In this document: piece after piece, positions 1 to 12,540 of the stretch
Layout: each line of letters begins with the position of its first letter
Position numbering within the stretch: the stretch's first letter is position 1
From: Gracilinanus agilis
Taxonomy: Eukaryota
Reading direction: 5' to 3'
NCBI RefSeq assembly: GCF_016433145.1
Contig: NC_058131.1
Span: 604,607,714-604,671,713, forward strand
DNA length: 64,000 nucleotides
Position numbers and translations under genes: made by a program
Notes under the pieces: model-generated
What the model was told of the DNA's origin: nothing
The model's database searches: none
What the model saw: the letters and a program-made list of their open reading frames with translations, nothing else

Positions 1-231
1 GCTTTAAGAGATTTTTGCAAGGGAAGTTCTTTGCAGTCCATAAAGTGTTCCATAAAATGTGAGCTATTATTTAAAATGAAATAACCAAAATGGTTTCATG
101 TGAAGTGCTCTGAGCAAACAGCAAACACTTTGATTCTAAATTAAGAACATTGGGAGATATGAAGTTTGTTAAGTCTTATTTCTATGATTCTGAACATTTA
201 TGAATTACTTTATCTTGAAAATACTATTCCT

Positions 232-425
232 GGGGTAGCTAGGTGACTCAGTGGATAAAGAGCCAGCCTTTTAGATAGGGGATCATGGATTCAAATATGC
301 CTCAGATACTTTCTAGCTATATTAAGCTGGGCGAGTCACTTAACCCTAATTGCCTAGCCCTTAGCACTCGTCTGCCTTGGAACTGATACTTAATATTGAT
401 TCTAATACAGAAGGTAAGGGTTTAA
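232..425 (+). mobile_element. SINE1_Mdo-like tRNA/CORE SINE, older copy
   Basis: Head ggggtagctaggtgactcagtggata, core gagtcacttaaccc, tail gaaggtaagggttt. Flanked by direct repeat AAAATACTATT (218-228, 426-436). Confidence 0.85.
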
Positions 426-1389
426 AAAATACTATTTTGACTTTTTTTTAAGTTGAGATATTGGCAATAATGATGGAAAAGGGGAAATTGCTGGTTGTAA
501 CAAACTTGGAAGAATGACTTTAAGTGCAGAATATATGGATTCTATTGCCACTAGTTTAGGTTAGGAGGAAAGTTGACATCATATTTGAGGCAAACACTGG
601 TCTCCACCAATGGAAAAACAAGCACCTACCAATCCTATACACCAGACACAGGGAATCAAAGAAAAATTGAGCCAGTGTTTACTGCAAAGTAGCTTATAAT
701 CTATCAGGAAGACAGCCTATATTAAAATAGTTGATCCTCTGAAGGCAATTTGAAAAAACAGAATCATAGAATGTACCGGAGGGTTGCTGTATTCCAAGCC
801 CCTCATTTTTCTTGATGATGTCAGGAGAGTGAGTGATGTGCCTAGAATCCCAGACCAAGCCAGTTGCAAGGCTGGGATGAGAACACATTTTTCTTGACTC
901 CTCATGAAGTTCTTTCTTTACTACAATACAGTTTTGAGCGAAGTAGCCAAAACAAAATGAAAAAATAACAGAATTCTTCCTTGTGCTAGAAACCCCAAGG
1001 TTAAATGAATGAATCAGCCAAAGCAGTCACCATTATAACAGGACCATTCCAAGTACTCTGTCAGTCAGTCAGTAAACATTTCCTAAGTGTATAATGTGTC
1101 CCAGGCACTGTGCTAAGGGCTGGGAATGTGAAGAAAGGCTCTCAAGGAGCCCATGCTCTAATGGAGGAGGCAATAGTCAGATAACTATGTATAAACAAGC
1201 TACATACAAGATAAATTGGAGTTAACAACAAAGGGCAGACATTACAATATTACAATTTAAAGGGGATTGGGAAAGGCTTCCTATAGGAAGGATAATTGGA
1301 TATGATATTATTGGACTATTAACTGCATGGAAGCAAGCATTGGATAAGAGGAACAAGATAAAGTAGCCTCTATCAAAATCTTACCAAAT

Positions 1390-1568
1390 GGGACAGCTAG
1401 GTGGCTCAGTGGATTGAGAGCCAGTCTTCTAGATGGAAGGTCCTACAAATCCTTCCTAGCTATGCGTCCCTGGACAAGTCACTTCACCCCAATGGCTTAG
1501 CCCCTACCACTCTTCTGCCTTAGAATCCATACTTAGTATTAATTCCAAAGAAAGTAATAACTTTTTAA
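1390..1568 (+). mobile_element. SINE1_Mdo-like SINE
   Basis: Head gggacagctaggtggctcagtggattgagagcc. TSD AAAATCTTA(C/T)CAAAT at 1375-1389 and 1569-1583. Confidence 0.85.
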
Positions 1569-1739
1569 AAAATCTTATCAAATAGTGAAAGAATTACAGG
1601 TATCTTATATTTTAGTAAAAAATAATTGTCATAAGACTATACTATAGACCCGACCAGACTATGAATACTAGGACAGAAATATTAAACAGGATTAAAGAAG
1701 CTATGAAATTAGACCAGGTAATCAATGAATAGTCATCAT

Positions 1740-1880
1740 TGAGGACCCATATATGATGAAAAAGTTTGAACCATTTAAATGTCCAACAGTGGAATGGAAG
1801 GGCTGCCTTATGAATGATGGAGTACCATAAAATTAGAGGCATTCAAACTGGAAGGATCCAATAGAGAAAATTTTGCATTA
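1740..1880 (+). mobile_element. CR1/L3 LINE 3' remnant
   Basis: tgtccaacagtggaatggaagggctgcctta resembles the L3 3' end as recalled. Confidence 0.5.
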
Positions 1881-1984
1881 GTTGGGAGATTTGCGTTTGT
1901 TACTTCTTCGAAACTGCTAGAATTCTAGTAGTAGCTAACTTTTTAATGGTGATTTATAGTTTACTTTATTCAGTTATTTTTATA

Positions 1985-2180
1985 TCTGTCCAATGCTTCA
2001 TGACCCCATTTGGAGTTTTCTTAGCAAAGATAATAAAGTAGTTTGCCATTTCCTTTTCCATTTCTACAGATGAGGAACCGAGGCCACATAGCTAGTAAAT
2101 GTCTGAGACCATATTTGAACTCATAGAAATGAGTTTTCCTAACTCCAGACCCAGCATTCTGTCCACTCCCTTACCTACCT
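1985..2180 (-). mobile_element. MAR1-like CORE SINE
   Basis: Reverse complement of the RTE-like tail (gaccccatttggagttttcttagcaaagat) plus core (acagatgaggaa...gtctgagaccatatttgaactc). Confidence 0.75.
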
Positions 2181-2211
2181 GAGAGTTTATTATTAACACA
2201 ACAGTCAGAGT

Positions 2212-2565
2212 GAACTTGTGGAAAAAGCACTGAATATGGAGTCAAGGGACCTGAATTCAAATCCCATCTACTTCTGTGACATTGGACAAGTTATTTCACT
2301 TTGTCTGTATCTCAGTGTTCCCATCTATAAAATGAGGCATATGGATGAGAAGACTTCCAAGGGCTCTATCTACTTTAAAGCTTTGATGCCCTGAAATGTA
2401 TGAGGTGGGCAGTATGATATCATTAAACTCATTTTACAGATAAAGAAACTGAGTCTCAGGAAGGCTTAGATACTCAAGCCCAAGGTCACATAGCTGGTAA
2501 ATACCAAAGATGAGATCTGAACCCAAGTTTCCCAACTCTTGCCTGGTGCTCTTTCAACCATACCA
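2212..2565. mobile_element. MIR3 (+, ~2212-2385) and MIR (-, ~2405-2565) remnants
   Basis: Core motifs ggagtcaagggacctgaattcaaatccc / catctataaaatgag, and attttacagataaagaaactgag...caaggtcacatagct. Confidence 0.7.
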
Positions 2566-3049
2566 AAGAATTTATTTTATTGAACTTTCTAGTGAGAGAG
2601 AAATATCTCAGTGAATAATTTAGGCTTAAGAAAAGAAAATATAACAAAATACAAAAGGTAAATATAAAACTCATTTTTAAAAAGTGAGCATTAAGGAAAA
2701 ATGGAAAGGGAATTATTTGAAAAAAAACTTCCAAAAATGTTAATCTGTTTAAAAAATGCTTCTTTGGAAGTCTGTGATAACTTTTTTGCCAAAGCCCAAA
2801 AAGAATAGGTTCTGAGAGAAGAGAAAAAACAATTATACTCCTAGCTATATATGTGGAAAAAGATGGAACTCATTTTATAGATAACACTGAGACAAAGATA
2901 GATGAAACAACATCCAAAGTCACATGAGTTTAATAGCCCCGTAGGAACTTGTTCTGTGTAGAATCACTGAAATATTTTCCACTGTCCAGCAGTACTCTCA
3001 TTCATCTTTTAATTTTGTATTCCCCCAGTGGCTAGCACTGTGTGTATGT

Positions 3050-3231
3050 GTTTTTTAAATTCTTACTTTCTGTTTTAGTAACAGTTCTGAAAGATGGGCA
3101 ATGACTAGGCAAATGGGATTAAGTGACTTTCCCAGGGTTACAGAGCTAGGAAGAATGTGAGATCAGATTTGAACCTAGGACCTCCCAACTCTAGACCTGG
3201 CACTCTATCCATTGTGCTACCTATCTACCCC
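3050..3231 (-). mobile_element. SINE1_Mdo-like SINE, older tail type
   Basis: aagtgactttcccagggttacagagctagg...tttgaacctaggacctcc...gctacctatctacccc. Confidence 0.8.
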
Positions 3232-3341
3232 ATGCACTGCATTTTGCACATAATACATGATTAATAAATAGTTGCTGGATGGAAAAATTTAACTCTTAAA
3301 TGATAAAATTGACATTTATGTCAATATTTTAAGATTTACAA

Positions 3342-3595
3342 GGCAACCAGGTGGCACAGTGGATAGAGCACCTAGCCTGGAGTCAAGAAGACTCATCTTT
3401 CTGTGTTCGAATTTGGCCTCAGATACTTACTTAGCAAATGTGACCCTGGGTAAGTCATTTAACCCTGTTAGCCTCAGTTTCTTCATCTGTAAAATGAGCC
3501 AAAGAAGGAAATAGTGAACCATTCTAATATCTTTACTAAGAAAATCCCAAATGTAGTTAGAAAGAGTCAGGCACAACTGAAATGATTGAACATAA
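3342..3595 (+). mobile_element. MAR1-like SINE, near full length
   Basis: tRNA-like head, core gtgaccctgggtaagtcatttaacc, RTE-like tail aagaaaatcccaaatg...gagtcaggcacaactgaaatgattgaaca. Confidence 0.85.
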
Positions 3596-4038
3596 AATTT
3601 TTAAGGTTTTCAAAGCCTTTTCTTCACAACATCCATGTAAGGTCATGCCATTATTGTCAGTGTGATATAGTAAAAAAGGTACTAGGTTTGGAATCAGCAG
3701 ATCAAGTTTGAATTCTGCCTTAGCAATTTTATAAAATTAGGCATGTCATTTCCTGTTATTGGGCTCTAATTTCCTCTTCAGTAATCTGTAAGTCAGACTA
3801 GATTACCTCTAAGGTTCCTTCTAAATAAATTCCATTTTGACAGCCCCAGAAATTAACTTGCCTATGATCATCTTGCTAGAAACTCTTAGAAAAAAACTTG
3901 GACTTGAACATAGCTATTGTGACTCCAAATTTAATGCCCTCTCCATACCCCTATAAAATGATGTCCTCCATTAGATGACAGAACCTTTCCAGTCTCTTTC
4001 CTTGGTGTTGACTCTACCCACCTAGTATCAGCTGCTAG

Positions 4039-4041
<3 letters not shown>

Positions 4042-4112
<71 letters not shown>
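4042..4112. repeat. (AC)n microsatellite, about 35 units
   Basis: Read directly from the sequence. Confidence 0.99.
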
Positions 4113-4113
<1 letters not shown>

Positions 4114-4194
4114 CCCTTCCAGGCTCTTATAGCTTTTCCTCAGGGGCCCAGCACGGACATAAAATTCTTTGAGCAGGTAACATATGTATGTGCA

Positions 4195-4480
4195 AAATGG
4201 GATTTATTTATTTAAACTTTTGAAAGCCCCTGTCAAGATTCCACACCAAACATTTTTATTTAATGGAATCATCACAGAGTTAAATTGAATGTTTTTTCTG
4301 GACAGGAAACTGGTATTTAGAGACAGGAAACAAAGAATAAGAGATGAATGGGTATTTCTTCATGTGGAGAAGTGTAAACAGCAGGCTCCTCCAGGTTATG
4401 TGGCAGCCAGTCATCTTTAACTCTCTTATAAATGACCTGGAGGAGTCTCCATACATAATCCAAAAAGTGTGTGGTGAATG
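4195..4480 (+). mobile_element. Ancient CR1/L3-clade LINE reverse-transcriptase fossil
   Basis: With 1-2 nt frameshifts it reads IYLNF*(K)APVKIPHQTFL...WTGNW..RDRKQRIR.MNGYFFMWRSVNSRLLQVMWQPVIFNSLINDLEE. This is colinear with CR1 RT motifs YLDFxKAFDKVPH...WIxNWLxDRKQRVxING...[22 protein letters not shown]. Confidence 0.8.
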
Positions 4481-4778
4481 ATAGCTTCAGTGTCCTCTTC
4501 ACAACGCATGTTACTCAAGCTGTTAATAAACAGCAGTGATGACTGATGTGAATTTTGTTTTGTGCAATTTCCTTTGGCTAGTCACAGATAAAGGTTTTGT
4601 GAAATAGAATCAGGACCAAAAGGCTAGAAGCAGACAGGCTGGTTAATTCACATTAATTCAGATAATTAGACTTTGGATAATTGAGATCATATTTGTAATT
4701 GAGTAAATCAAGTCACTAGTCCACTTTCCCTATGGATCTCACACCCATTGGTGATGGTGATGGTATTCCTCATTTCAG

Positions 4779-4855
4779 GAATGACTATACCTGAAGAAGA
4801 TGCTGATGTGGGACAAGGCAGTAAATATTGCCTTGTGGCAATTGGGAGACTTCAG
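4779..4855 (+). CDS. ARNT2: ARNT2 coding exon (human exon 9 equivalent), 77 nt, end of PAS-A / linker
   Basis: tttcAG|GA ATG ACT...CTT CAG|GTAAG. Translates (G)MTIPEEDADVGQGSKYCLVAIGRLQ, matching ARNT2 as recalled. Phase 1 to phase 0. Confidence 0.97.
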
Positions 4856-5389
4856 GTAAGACCAGTTCCTCTCTTCTTATTTCCATCACATCTTCAACCA
4901 CAATGCAGAAGTATTTGGGTTTTCTAGCAAGCTTGGTATCATTTTTTGTAGGCAATGTAAAGGGTTCCTGGGTAGAATTTCATTTATATAATTGGTCCAT
5001 CTAAGCCACCTCCATCAAAGAGCAATATGTTTGGTGCCATTTAGATTGGTAATGAGAAATCCATGCCTTCTTTTGTCAGTACACCAGCTCAAAACTTGGT
5101 TCCTTGACCTACTCAGCTAACTGCTCTTTTTCTTGGTGTCTCCACGTGCAAGACAGAAATGTTTTACTTTTTATGGCCTTAGCCATTATTTGCAGCTAGA
5201 TCAGAAATAATAGAGCATCTACACAGAATGTAAATTGTGATTTAAATGGATTTTGCTTTATCATGTACCTTCTGCTTTAATCAGGCTGGCCTTAACCTAC
5301 CTGGGAAACATGAAGTACTCATTTCTCCTTTTGCCTTTATTCTCATGTTGGCATAGTAACTGACAACATGTATATAGTGTTTTAAAGTT

Positions 5390-5550
5390 ATAAAAGTACC
5401 ATTGCTATTACTACCTAATTTTACAGATGAGAAAACAGAAGCTCAGAGGATTTGAGGGATTTCCCCAAGATCAGAGAACTCACAAGTGTCAGAAGAGAAT
5501 TCGAACAGAGATTGTTCTGATTCCGAGTTCCATACCCTATAGACCATGCC
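5390..5550 (-). mobile_element. MIR remnant
   Basis: attttacagatgagaaaacagaagctcagag core. Confidence 0.7.
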
Positions 5551-5687
5551 ACTTGGAAGGTCCTCCTCTCACACCTTTACCTATCCAAGTTCTACCCTTC
5601 CATGAAGGCTCAGATTAAATCCTGATTTCTTCAGTCCATACTCCTCTCTGAACTGCTGTAGCATGTATAATCCATCTCCAAATCAAA

Positions 5688-5812
5688 TCCTAGCTGAGTG
5701 ACCCTGGGCAAGTCACTTAACCCCCATTGCCTAGCCCTTACTACTCTAATACTGTAGAATCAATACCCAGTATTGATTCTAAGGCAGAAGGTAAGGTTTT
5801 TATTTTTAAAAA
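5688..5812 (+). mobile_element. 5'-truncated SINE1_Mdo-like element
   Basis: gtgaccctgggcaagtcacttaacccccattgcctagccctta...gtattgattctaaggcagaaggtaagg. Confidence 0.8.
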
Positions 5813-5814
5813 AT

Positions 5815-6530
5815 GTAATCTCCTTAAAGGAGGCACTGTTTCTCTATCCTCTTTGCATTCCTAGCACCTAGCAATACATACAAGTACTTAGTAGGTGCTC
5901 ATTGAATGATCCCTGGAACCTATTATTTGTACTATTGCCAGATCAGTCATCCTAAAACAAACTTCTGAATATTTCAGGGCCCTCTCTTCTACAGAAACTT
6001 CTATGGCTCCACATGGCCTATAAAATAAAGTCCAATCTTCTTGGATATATCATTTAGGGACTTCTATAAGACCTTGAATTGAACTATTTACCATTCTTCA
6101 AGTATATTCTGTTCTTTATGTCAGTTCCTTTGTTTACAAGAATAATCATCTTTTGCATAGAATTCATTTTCTCTCCCCATTGCTATCTGTGAAAACCTAC
6201 TCATCACTCAGCACCAATTTACATGCCATCTTCTCCAGGAAGGCATCTCTGATCACTCCTACCTTCCAAGCTGAAAGTAATTCTGTTTATCCCATGCTTC
6301 CATAGTTCTTCCCTTATTCTTCTAGAGTGTTTAGTATGGCCTCCTCTACAGTATGTTATTAGACTGTAAGCTCTTTAAAGGCAGGGACTGTGATTTTTTT
6401 TAAATATTTGTAATTGGACCAGGTTCATGTAGTTCATAGGTGTCAGAGAAGAATTTGAACCTAGGTCTTGAGCATAGTGTATATTCAATATATATTTGTT
6501 GAGCTGTTGAATTAAATTGAGCCTATTTAG
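5815..6530 (+). mobile_element. L2 LINE 3' fragments
   Basis: L2 3' motifs ctagcacctagca...gtaggtgctc and ttagactgtaagctctttaaaggcagggactgtg. Confidence 0.7.
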
Positions 6531-8090
6531 GGAAGATATAGCTATTTGAAAAATTAAATAACAACAAAAGATTTAAGTAACAGTTAAGGGCAATTGAAGA
6601 CAGTAATTGATTAATGGCCAAGAGGATAATCCAGATGCTAATTGCTGTTAGGAATTCAAAGAATAGAGAGATCACTATAATTAACACTTAATAATACATT
6701 ACCTCATCTCTCAGCATGGTGCTGAGTCTTAGAGTAAGCTAGTAATTAATGTGTAAAGGTTGATTTACTCATCTACCCTCTAATTCTTTGAGGGAAGGGG
6801 ATATCTGTGTCCTAGGGTAAGGCAATTAACCTCTTTTGGCCCATTATCTAGTCTCTAAAATGAGATGACCTCTAAGGTTTCTTCCATCTCCAAGTCTATA
6901 ATTCTTTGTAATATGACCCATTTCTCCTTTGGTGATATGTGTTTGAGAGGTTGGGCAGATTTCTTTTTTTCAAACTATGAGGGAAAAATACATTTTAGGA
7001 GTCCTGCGCTCTCTCACAGCCTGGTTACACGTCCTCATTCAAACTTTTTGAATAAAATTTCTCTTGTTTTCAGACAACTATGAGATTGAGTGTCTCTTTT
7101 CTCTGTTTCCATCTCCTTTGCACCACAATGGAATTCCCAAGCTATATGAGTCAAAGAAGCCAGGGAAACTGTAGCACAAACAGGTTGTTCCATTTAACTG
7201 CACATTCTTCAGAAACCCACAGTAAAGTCACAAGACATGTTAAAACATCAGCTGTGAAGGAGAGCATATTGATTGTAGCATAGAGTAGCATCAGAGGCCA
7301 GACAAATTTAATCTCAGAGGAGTTCAGGTGCTCCAGTTACAACTCGACTTCCCTGCCAAAAAGAAATTTGCTCTAAGTGAACTGTTCCACTGTTCCATTA
7401 CCTGGTGGTTCAGATCCTCTTGTGTCTCAAAATAATTTATAAAACTCTGTATAAAAAGAAAAAAGTATAGAACTGAAGATCAAAGATTTCTCCATAAGCT
7501 ATATACACATGTTAAACTTCTGTTTCGCAGTCAGTCATATTGCTCTTGCTTCCTTCACTCCAACAACAGTTTAAATTTAATTCAGATTAAACAAAGGAAT
7601 ATATCACATACAATATCAACATGCACACAGATTAACTGCAAGGCAAATCACCTTGCCAGATTCGTGCAATACTCAGACTAATTCTGGATTGAAAGTCAGT
7701 TTATCATCAGGGAGTAGATTTAGTCATGGGAGAACTGGGATCCTGAGGGTGAATACATTATTAGGGTTACCCCACAATGTAGATTTAGTTTCATAATGCC
7801 AGAGGAGACCATGTCTCTGGGACTGTGTGAGTTCAAATCCTGACTATGGCCAGTTTCTTCTTTATAGGAATTAAAAGGTAGGAGCAAGGAAGTCACTGGC
7901 ATACTTCAGAGTACCATGACCATAGCATATGAAGATACATCCTAAAAGGAATAGGAATACTATAGGTTTAAGACCTGGAGGGCAAAGTAAGCTTAACGGT
8001 GAGTGACTTGATGAAAAAAAAGCAAAGGTAAGAAAGTGAGCAAGAGTATTTTTAAACATATGAGATAATATTGAGGCTATGTGGTGAGGG

Positions 8091-8290
8091 NNNNNNNNNN
8101 NNNNNNNNNNNNNNNNNNNNNNNNNNNNNNNNNNNNNNNNNNNNNNNNNNNNNNNNNNNNNNNNNNNNNNNNNNNNNNNNNNNNNNNNNNNNNNNNNNNN
8201 NNNNNNNNNNNNNNNNNNNNNNNNNNNNNNNNNNNNNNNNNNNNNNNNNNNNNNNNNNNNNNNNNNNNNNNNNNNNNNNNNNNNNNNNNN
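8091..8290. other. Assembly gap (200 N)
   Basis: N run next to a (GGAA)n tract. Confidence 1.
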
Positions 8291-8302
8291 TATAAGAGAC
8301 AG

Positions 8303-8388
8303 GGAAGGAAGGAAGGAAGGAAGGAAGGAAGGAAGGAAGGAAGGAAGGAAGAAAGCAAGGAAGAAAGCAAGGAAGGAAGGAAGGAAGA
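8303..8388. repeat. (GGAA)n tetranucleotide repeat
   Basis: Read directly from the sequence. Confidence 0.97.
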
Positions 8389-8920
8389 AATAGTGAGTTA
8401 GAGGAAAGAAAGAATATTTTTTCCTTCGTCTTTTGTCCTGACTTGTAATTCCATTGGTGTAAGGAGTTCTCACCTTAAGATCAGCAACTGTTCTGCATCT
8501 CAACCCTTTAGAAAGCACATTGGGCCAATTGCTCAGCATCACATAGCTAGAATATGATCAAGTCGACCTGAAACTATTCACTACACTTTGTAGCTTCTCA
8601 GGGGATGACTGACAAAATAGTATTATAGCATGTAGTGGCTTGAAAGGCCATGCCTTTGAAAACATTTTCTCTTTTCTCTCATTTTCCATAATCCATTAAT
8701 GACCCCATTCACTGTCATGATTTTGCCCTCTATGATAGCTCTGTACCTAAAGATTGTGTACCCTCTGATACAAATGAAGAACCAGCAGGTCAGCCACAGA
8801 GAAGGGACTAGAAATAGAATTTTCTTTCTTTAGCTTTTAAGTTAGTCTATATACTCCAAGCCTAGTAGGTCTTCAGAGCCCAACTTCCTATCTTGGTATT
8901 TGGGATCTTCTACTTACTTC

Positions 8921-9134
8921 TAGGTGGCTCAGTGGATAGAGCACCAGACCAGGAAGATGAGAAGACTCATCTTCCTGAATTCAGATCTGGCCTCAGACAC
9001 TAACTGTTGCCTCAGTTTCCTCATTTATAAAATGAACTGGAGAGGAAAATGGGAAACCACTCTAGTATCTTTGCCAAGAAAACTCCAAGTGGAGTCACAA
9101 AGCTAAGACATGACTGAAACAACTGAACAACAAC
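8921..9134 (+). mobile_element. MAR1-like SINE
   Basis: taggtggctcagtggatagagcac...gtatctttgccaagaaaactcc...gactgaaacaactgaacaacaac. Confidence 0.85.
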
Positions 9135-10374
9135 TTACTCCCTAACCTCCCTTTTCACAGACCACAGTGCTAGTGGGAAGGTCAAAGACTAAATTTCTGA
9201 GGGAAATTACTTTCCAAGTCCTATCTTTCATATCTCTTCCAAGCTCAGCATCTCCTGTGTAAAACAAGCCATGTGAAAAGGCTTGGTCGCTCCTCCAGCT
9301 GTGACTTTTACCCTTTTTTCCTCTTGATCTCCCCTCTGTTCTCCGTATGGAGGGAGACACCAACCTGAGCTTCCTGCAGAGATTATGGGAAGGGTGGAGA
9401 AAACCATTTTGTCCCATTCTCATAGCAGAAAGAGACTGAACCACAGTTTATTGTGGGAAGCTTTGGATGTGGCCCTGGCTTCTTTATTTCCAAGGAAGCC
9501 AAGGGTGGGGGTGAGAGAAAGAAAATTATTTTGCTTCGCTAGCTACAGATCAGTTGCACCTGCTGGTACTCTGCTAGGAAGACAATATCCACAGTGGCAT
9601 TTTTGGGAACAGTAAATATAGAGTCCTATTCACCGAGTCTTTGATTTAGGACCACACCTATCTGACCCTAGAATTCAATATGAAAAGAACATCCATAATT
9701 CAAATACCCTAAGAACAGAGACTGGTGTGTATAATGTCTATCTTTGTGTCCGAGAACAGGGCATTGCACAGAGTAGAAATTTAATAAATGATTATTTAAA
9801 TTGAATTGAATAATGAAATTATAACTCAATTGTGGTTATACATTTTCCTGGATCTAAAATTTTTCCTTGATTTCCTTCATTTACCTCTTTCCCTTAGCCA
9901 AGATTTTGTTTTCCCCAAATGAACCATTTGCCTTCTGCTATCTTTCCATATTTCACTTTCTTCTATTCCTCTTCCCACAATCTCCTGATCGACCACCTGA
10001 TTCTTATATTCAAGAACGATCTATGCCATATATTTATATTACCATCTACAAATAATTATTGCTATTATGCTGTCAACATTGCTCAGATTCCTTCATCTAT
10101 GTGTATGTGTATATTGCCAAAACAGTAGGCAAGGTTAGGACAGAATTTGGGGGAGAGGACAAGGAATGGGACTTCTTGTCCTTTAAACTCTAATCACTGA
10201 GGTTCTTGATTCCTTGAACCATCATAATTTTCCCCTTGGAGACAACTCAACTCTAGATTGTCCATGTAATCCAAGAGATCGGCTTTGCTTTTATGAGAGT
10301 TGAAAGGAAAAGTCAAAATTCCTTGGGTTATAAATTGTTGTAATTCCTTTTCAGTCATGCATTTGATACCAGAG

Positions 10375-10625
10375 GGATAACAATAACAACAACAATAATA
10401 ACTACCAATTATATAGTGCTTTAAGATTTTCATTTTTTTTCAAGTATTATTTTATCCTCATAATAATTCTGGAACATAGGTGCTATCCCTATTTTACAAA
10501 TGAGGAGGATGAGGCAGACAAATTAAACACTTTTCCCAAAGACACACAGCTAGTATCTGAGGCCAGATTTTAAAATTGGATCTTTCTGATTCTAACTGGC
10601 ATTCAATCCACTGTGCCACCAAATT
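10375..10625 (-). mobile_element. MIR-family SINE
   Basis: ttatcctcataataattct...cctattttacaaatgaggag...acacagctagtatctgaggccagattt. Confidence 0.75.
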
Positions 10626-10669
10626 ACCCTCATTAGATAAAAGATGAAAGACTTTAATAGACACTCTTT

Positions 10670-11060
10670 AAAGGAAAAAAATGCAAGTTTTCAACAAGTA
10701 TATAAAAATGTTTCAGAAATGCATATTAAAAATAATTCTAAAGTTCAATCTTATTCTCATTAGATGAGCAAAGATAACACAAAAAGGAAAATGACAATTG
10801 ATGGAGTCAAAAGAAGATAGACACTCTAATGTATTATCAGTAGAGCTTCAATTTGATCCAAAAAGAATGTCAACGAAACTTATTTTTTAATGCAGAGAGG
10901 AAAGTAGAAAGAAGTTCAGAAGGGGGCCCAGATAAAAGTTTTATATACACTCACATACTATGTATGTATATATACATATAAATTTAAAACAGACTGTATA
11001 TAAAAGATGAACAGTTTCATAATACAATCTCCTTTGTATTTGAAAATGTACATTCTTCTT
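10670..11060 (+). mobile_element. Highly decayed L1 3' fragment
   Basis: gaaatgcatattaaaaataattct...acaaaaaggaaaatgacaa...gagcttcaatttgatcca resembles the L1 ORF2 C-terminal region. Confidence 0.55.
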
Positions 11061-11599
11061 GATACTCTAGTTCATTTTTTTTAATCCTTCCAGGTTACCT
11101 TTTTTATACCCCTTTACTATCCTCATTTATTGTGCCTTTCTTTTTCATTTCTTTGTGTCCCTAGTGCCTAGCACCATGTGTTGTATGTAGTAGGTAATGC
11201 ATAAATCCTGATTGTCTTGAATTATAGAATCAGGTTGTCATTTCATTGTAGTTAAACTCCCTCCCCTTTCACTTTATCTTTTCTTTTACTTTCCTCTTCT
11301 ACTTCATTGGCTTAGCCAAGACTGACTTTCCTCAGGTTGACCATTTGCCTTCTGCTCTCTCCCATGGAGGCTTCACTTTCTCCCATGTCCCCAAATCCCT
11401 AATATCCATGAGAAGAGAGAAGTCAACTACCTAATTCTTGTATCCAGGAACTCCTTACATATCATTACAGCTAACCACCACCATTCAGGTACCCTTTCAT
11501 TAAGGTCCATGCCCTGTCTTTAGATTGCCATCAACAAATTTTCATTGCTATCACTTATGTCAACCTCCCTTTACCCATCTCCTACTATTCCCAGCCAAC

Positions 11600-12150
11600 T
11601 TCCAGGCCTCATTGGCTCTTTAGTCTGGAATATTGTGATAACCTGACAAGTGGCCTTCTCCCCATGTCCCACCTTTCTTCAATACACATTTCATACCCCT
11701 TTCAACATATTCTTCCTAAATCACAGCCAGATGCTTCTGCTCCGCTTGAAGGGGGAAAAAAACACCTTTGGTGCTTCAGACACCTCCACCAAGTAAAGTT
11801 CACTACCTTTCCTAACCTGGCTTCATGCTACCTTTTCTGCCTTATCTCACTTACTCCCAGTCATCATCATTCTAGCCAAAGTAGACTACTTACCATTCCA
11901 TAATCTCATCCTATTCCCAGCTCCCTGTCTTCTTCCAGTCTTTTTATTTATGCCATCCCACATGGCTAGAATAGGTTTTACCCTTCCTCTTCACTCTACT
12001 TTTGCCTGTTTAAATCATTCTCATCAAGGTTTGAACTCAGATTACCATCTCCTCCATGAAGCCTTCTTTAACTCCCTTCCTCCACCTCTTAACCTGAAAG
12101 GGATCCTTCTCTTCTTGAAATGCTCTCATCAATTTCTTTGGAATTCTGTG
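11600..12150 (+). mobile_element. L2 LINE fragment
   Basis: tcttcctaaatcacagcc...aagttcactacc...ctcagattaccatctcctccatgaagccttc are typical L2 3' segments. Confidence 0.65.
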
Positions 12151-12540
12151 ATATAGGAAAGTGCCTAGACTTGAGACCTGACTTTGATATTTTCTAGCAT
12201 CATGACTGTCTAAACAAATCTCCCAAATTCATCCAAACTCTACAAGCCTTCATTTTTTTCATCTGTAAAATGAGCATAAAAATGCTGTCATTTGTGTTTT
12301 CTTCCTATGCTCTTAGGCTTAATATTTAAGTTGAATAATCTTTCCCAAAAAATCTTTAATTCACAGAGTTGTTTCTTTTCTTATAGCTTTACCATTGCCT
12401 AGTCCAATGATTCTTGGCATGAGTGAATCAAGATAAATCATGTTTTAACATTTGTTTGTTAACTGAAGTACATCTTTGATTTCTCTTTTAATTTTTTTTC
12501 CTGAAATTCAAATAATTGCTACTAATTCTTTTGTTCTCAG

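Noticed and set aside
7871-8542. Long ORFs spanning N runs (also 45589-46470 and 61566-62191)
   Set aside because: Artefacts of X translation across assembly gaps and adjacent simple repeats.
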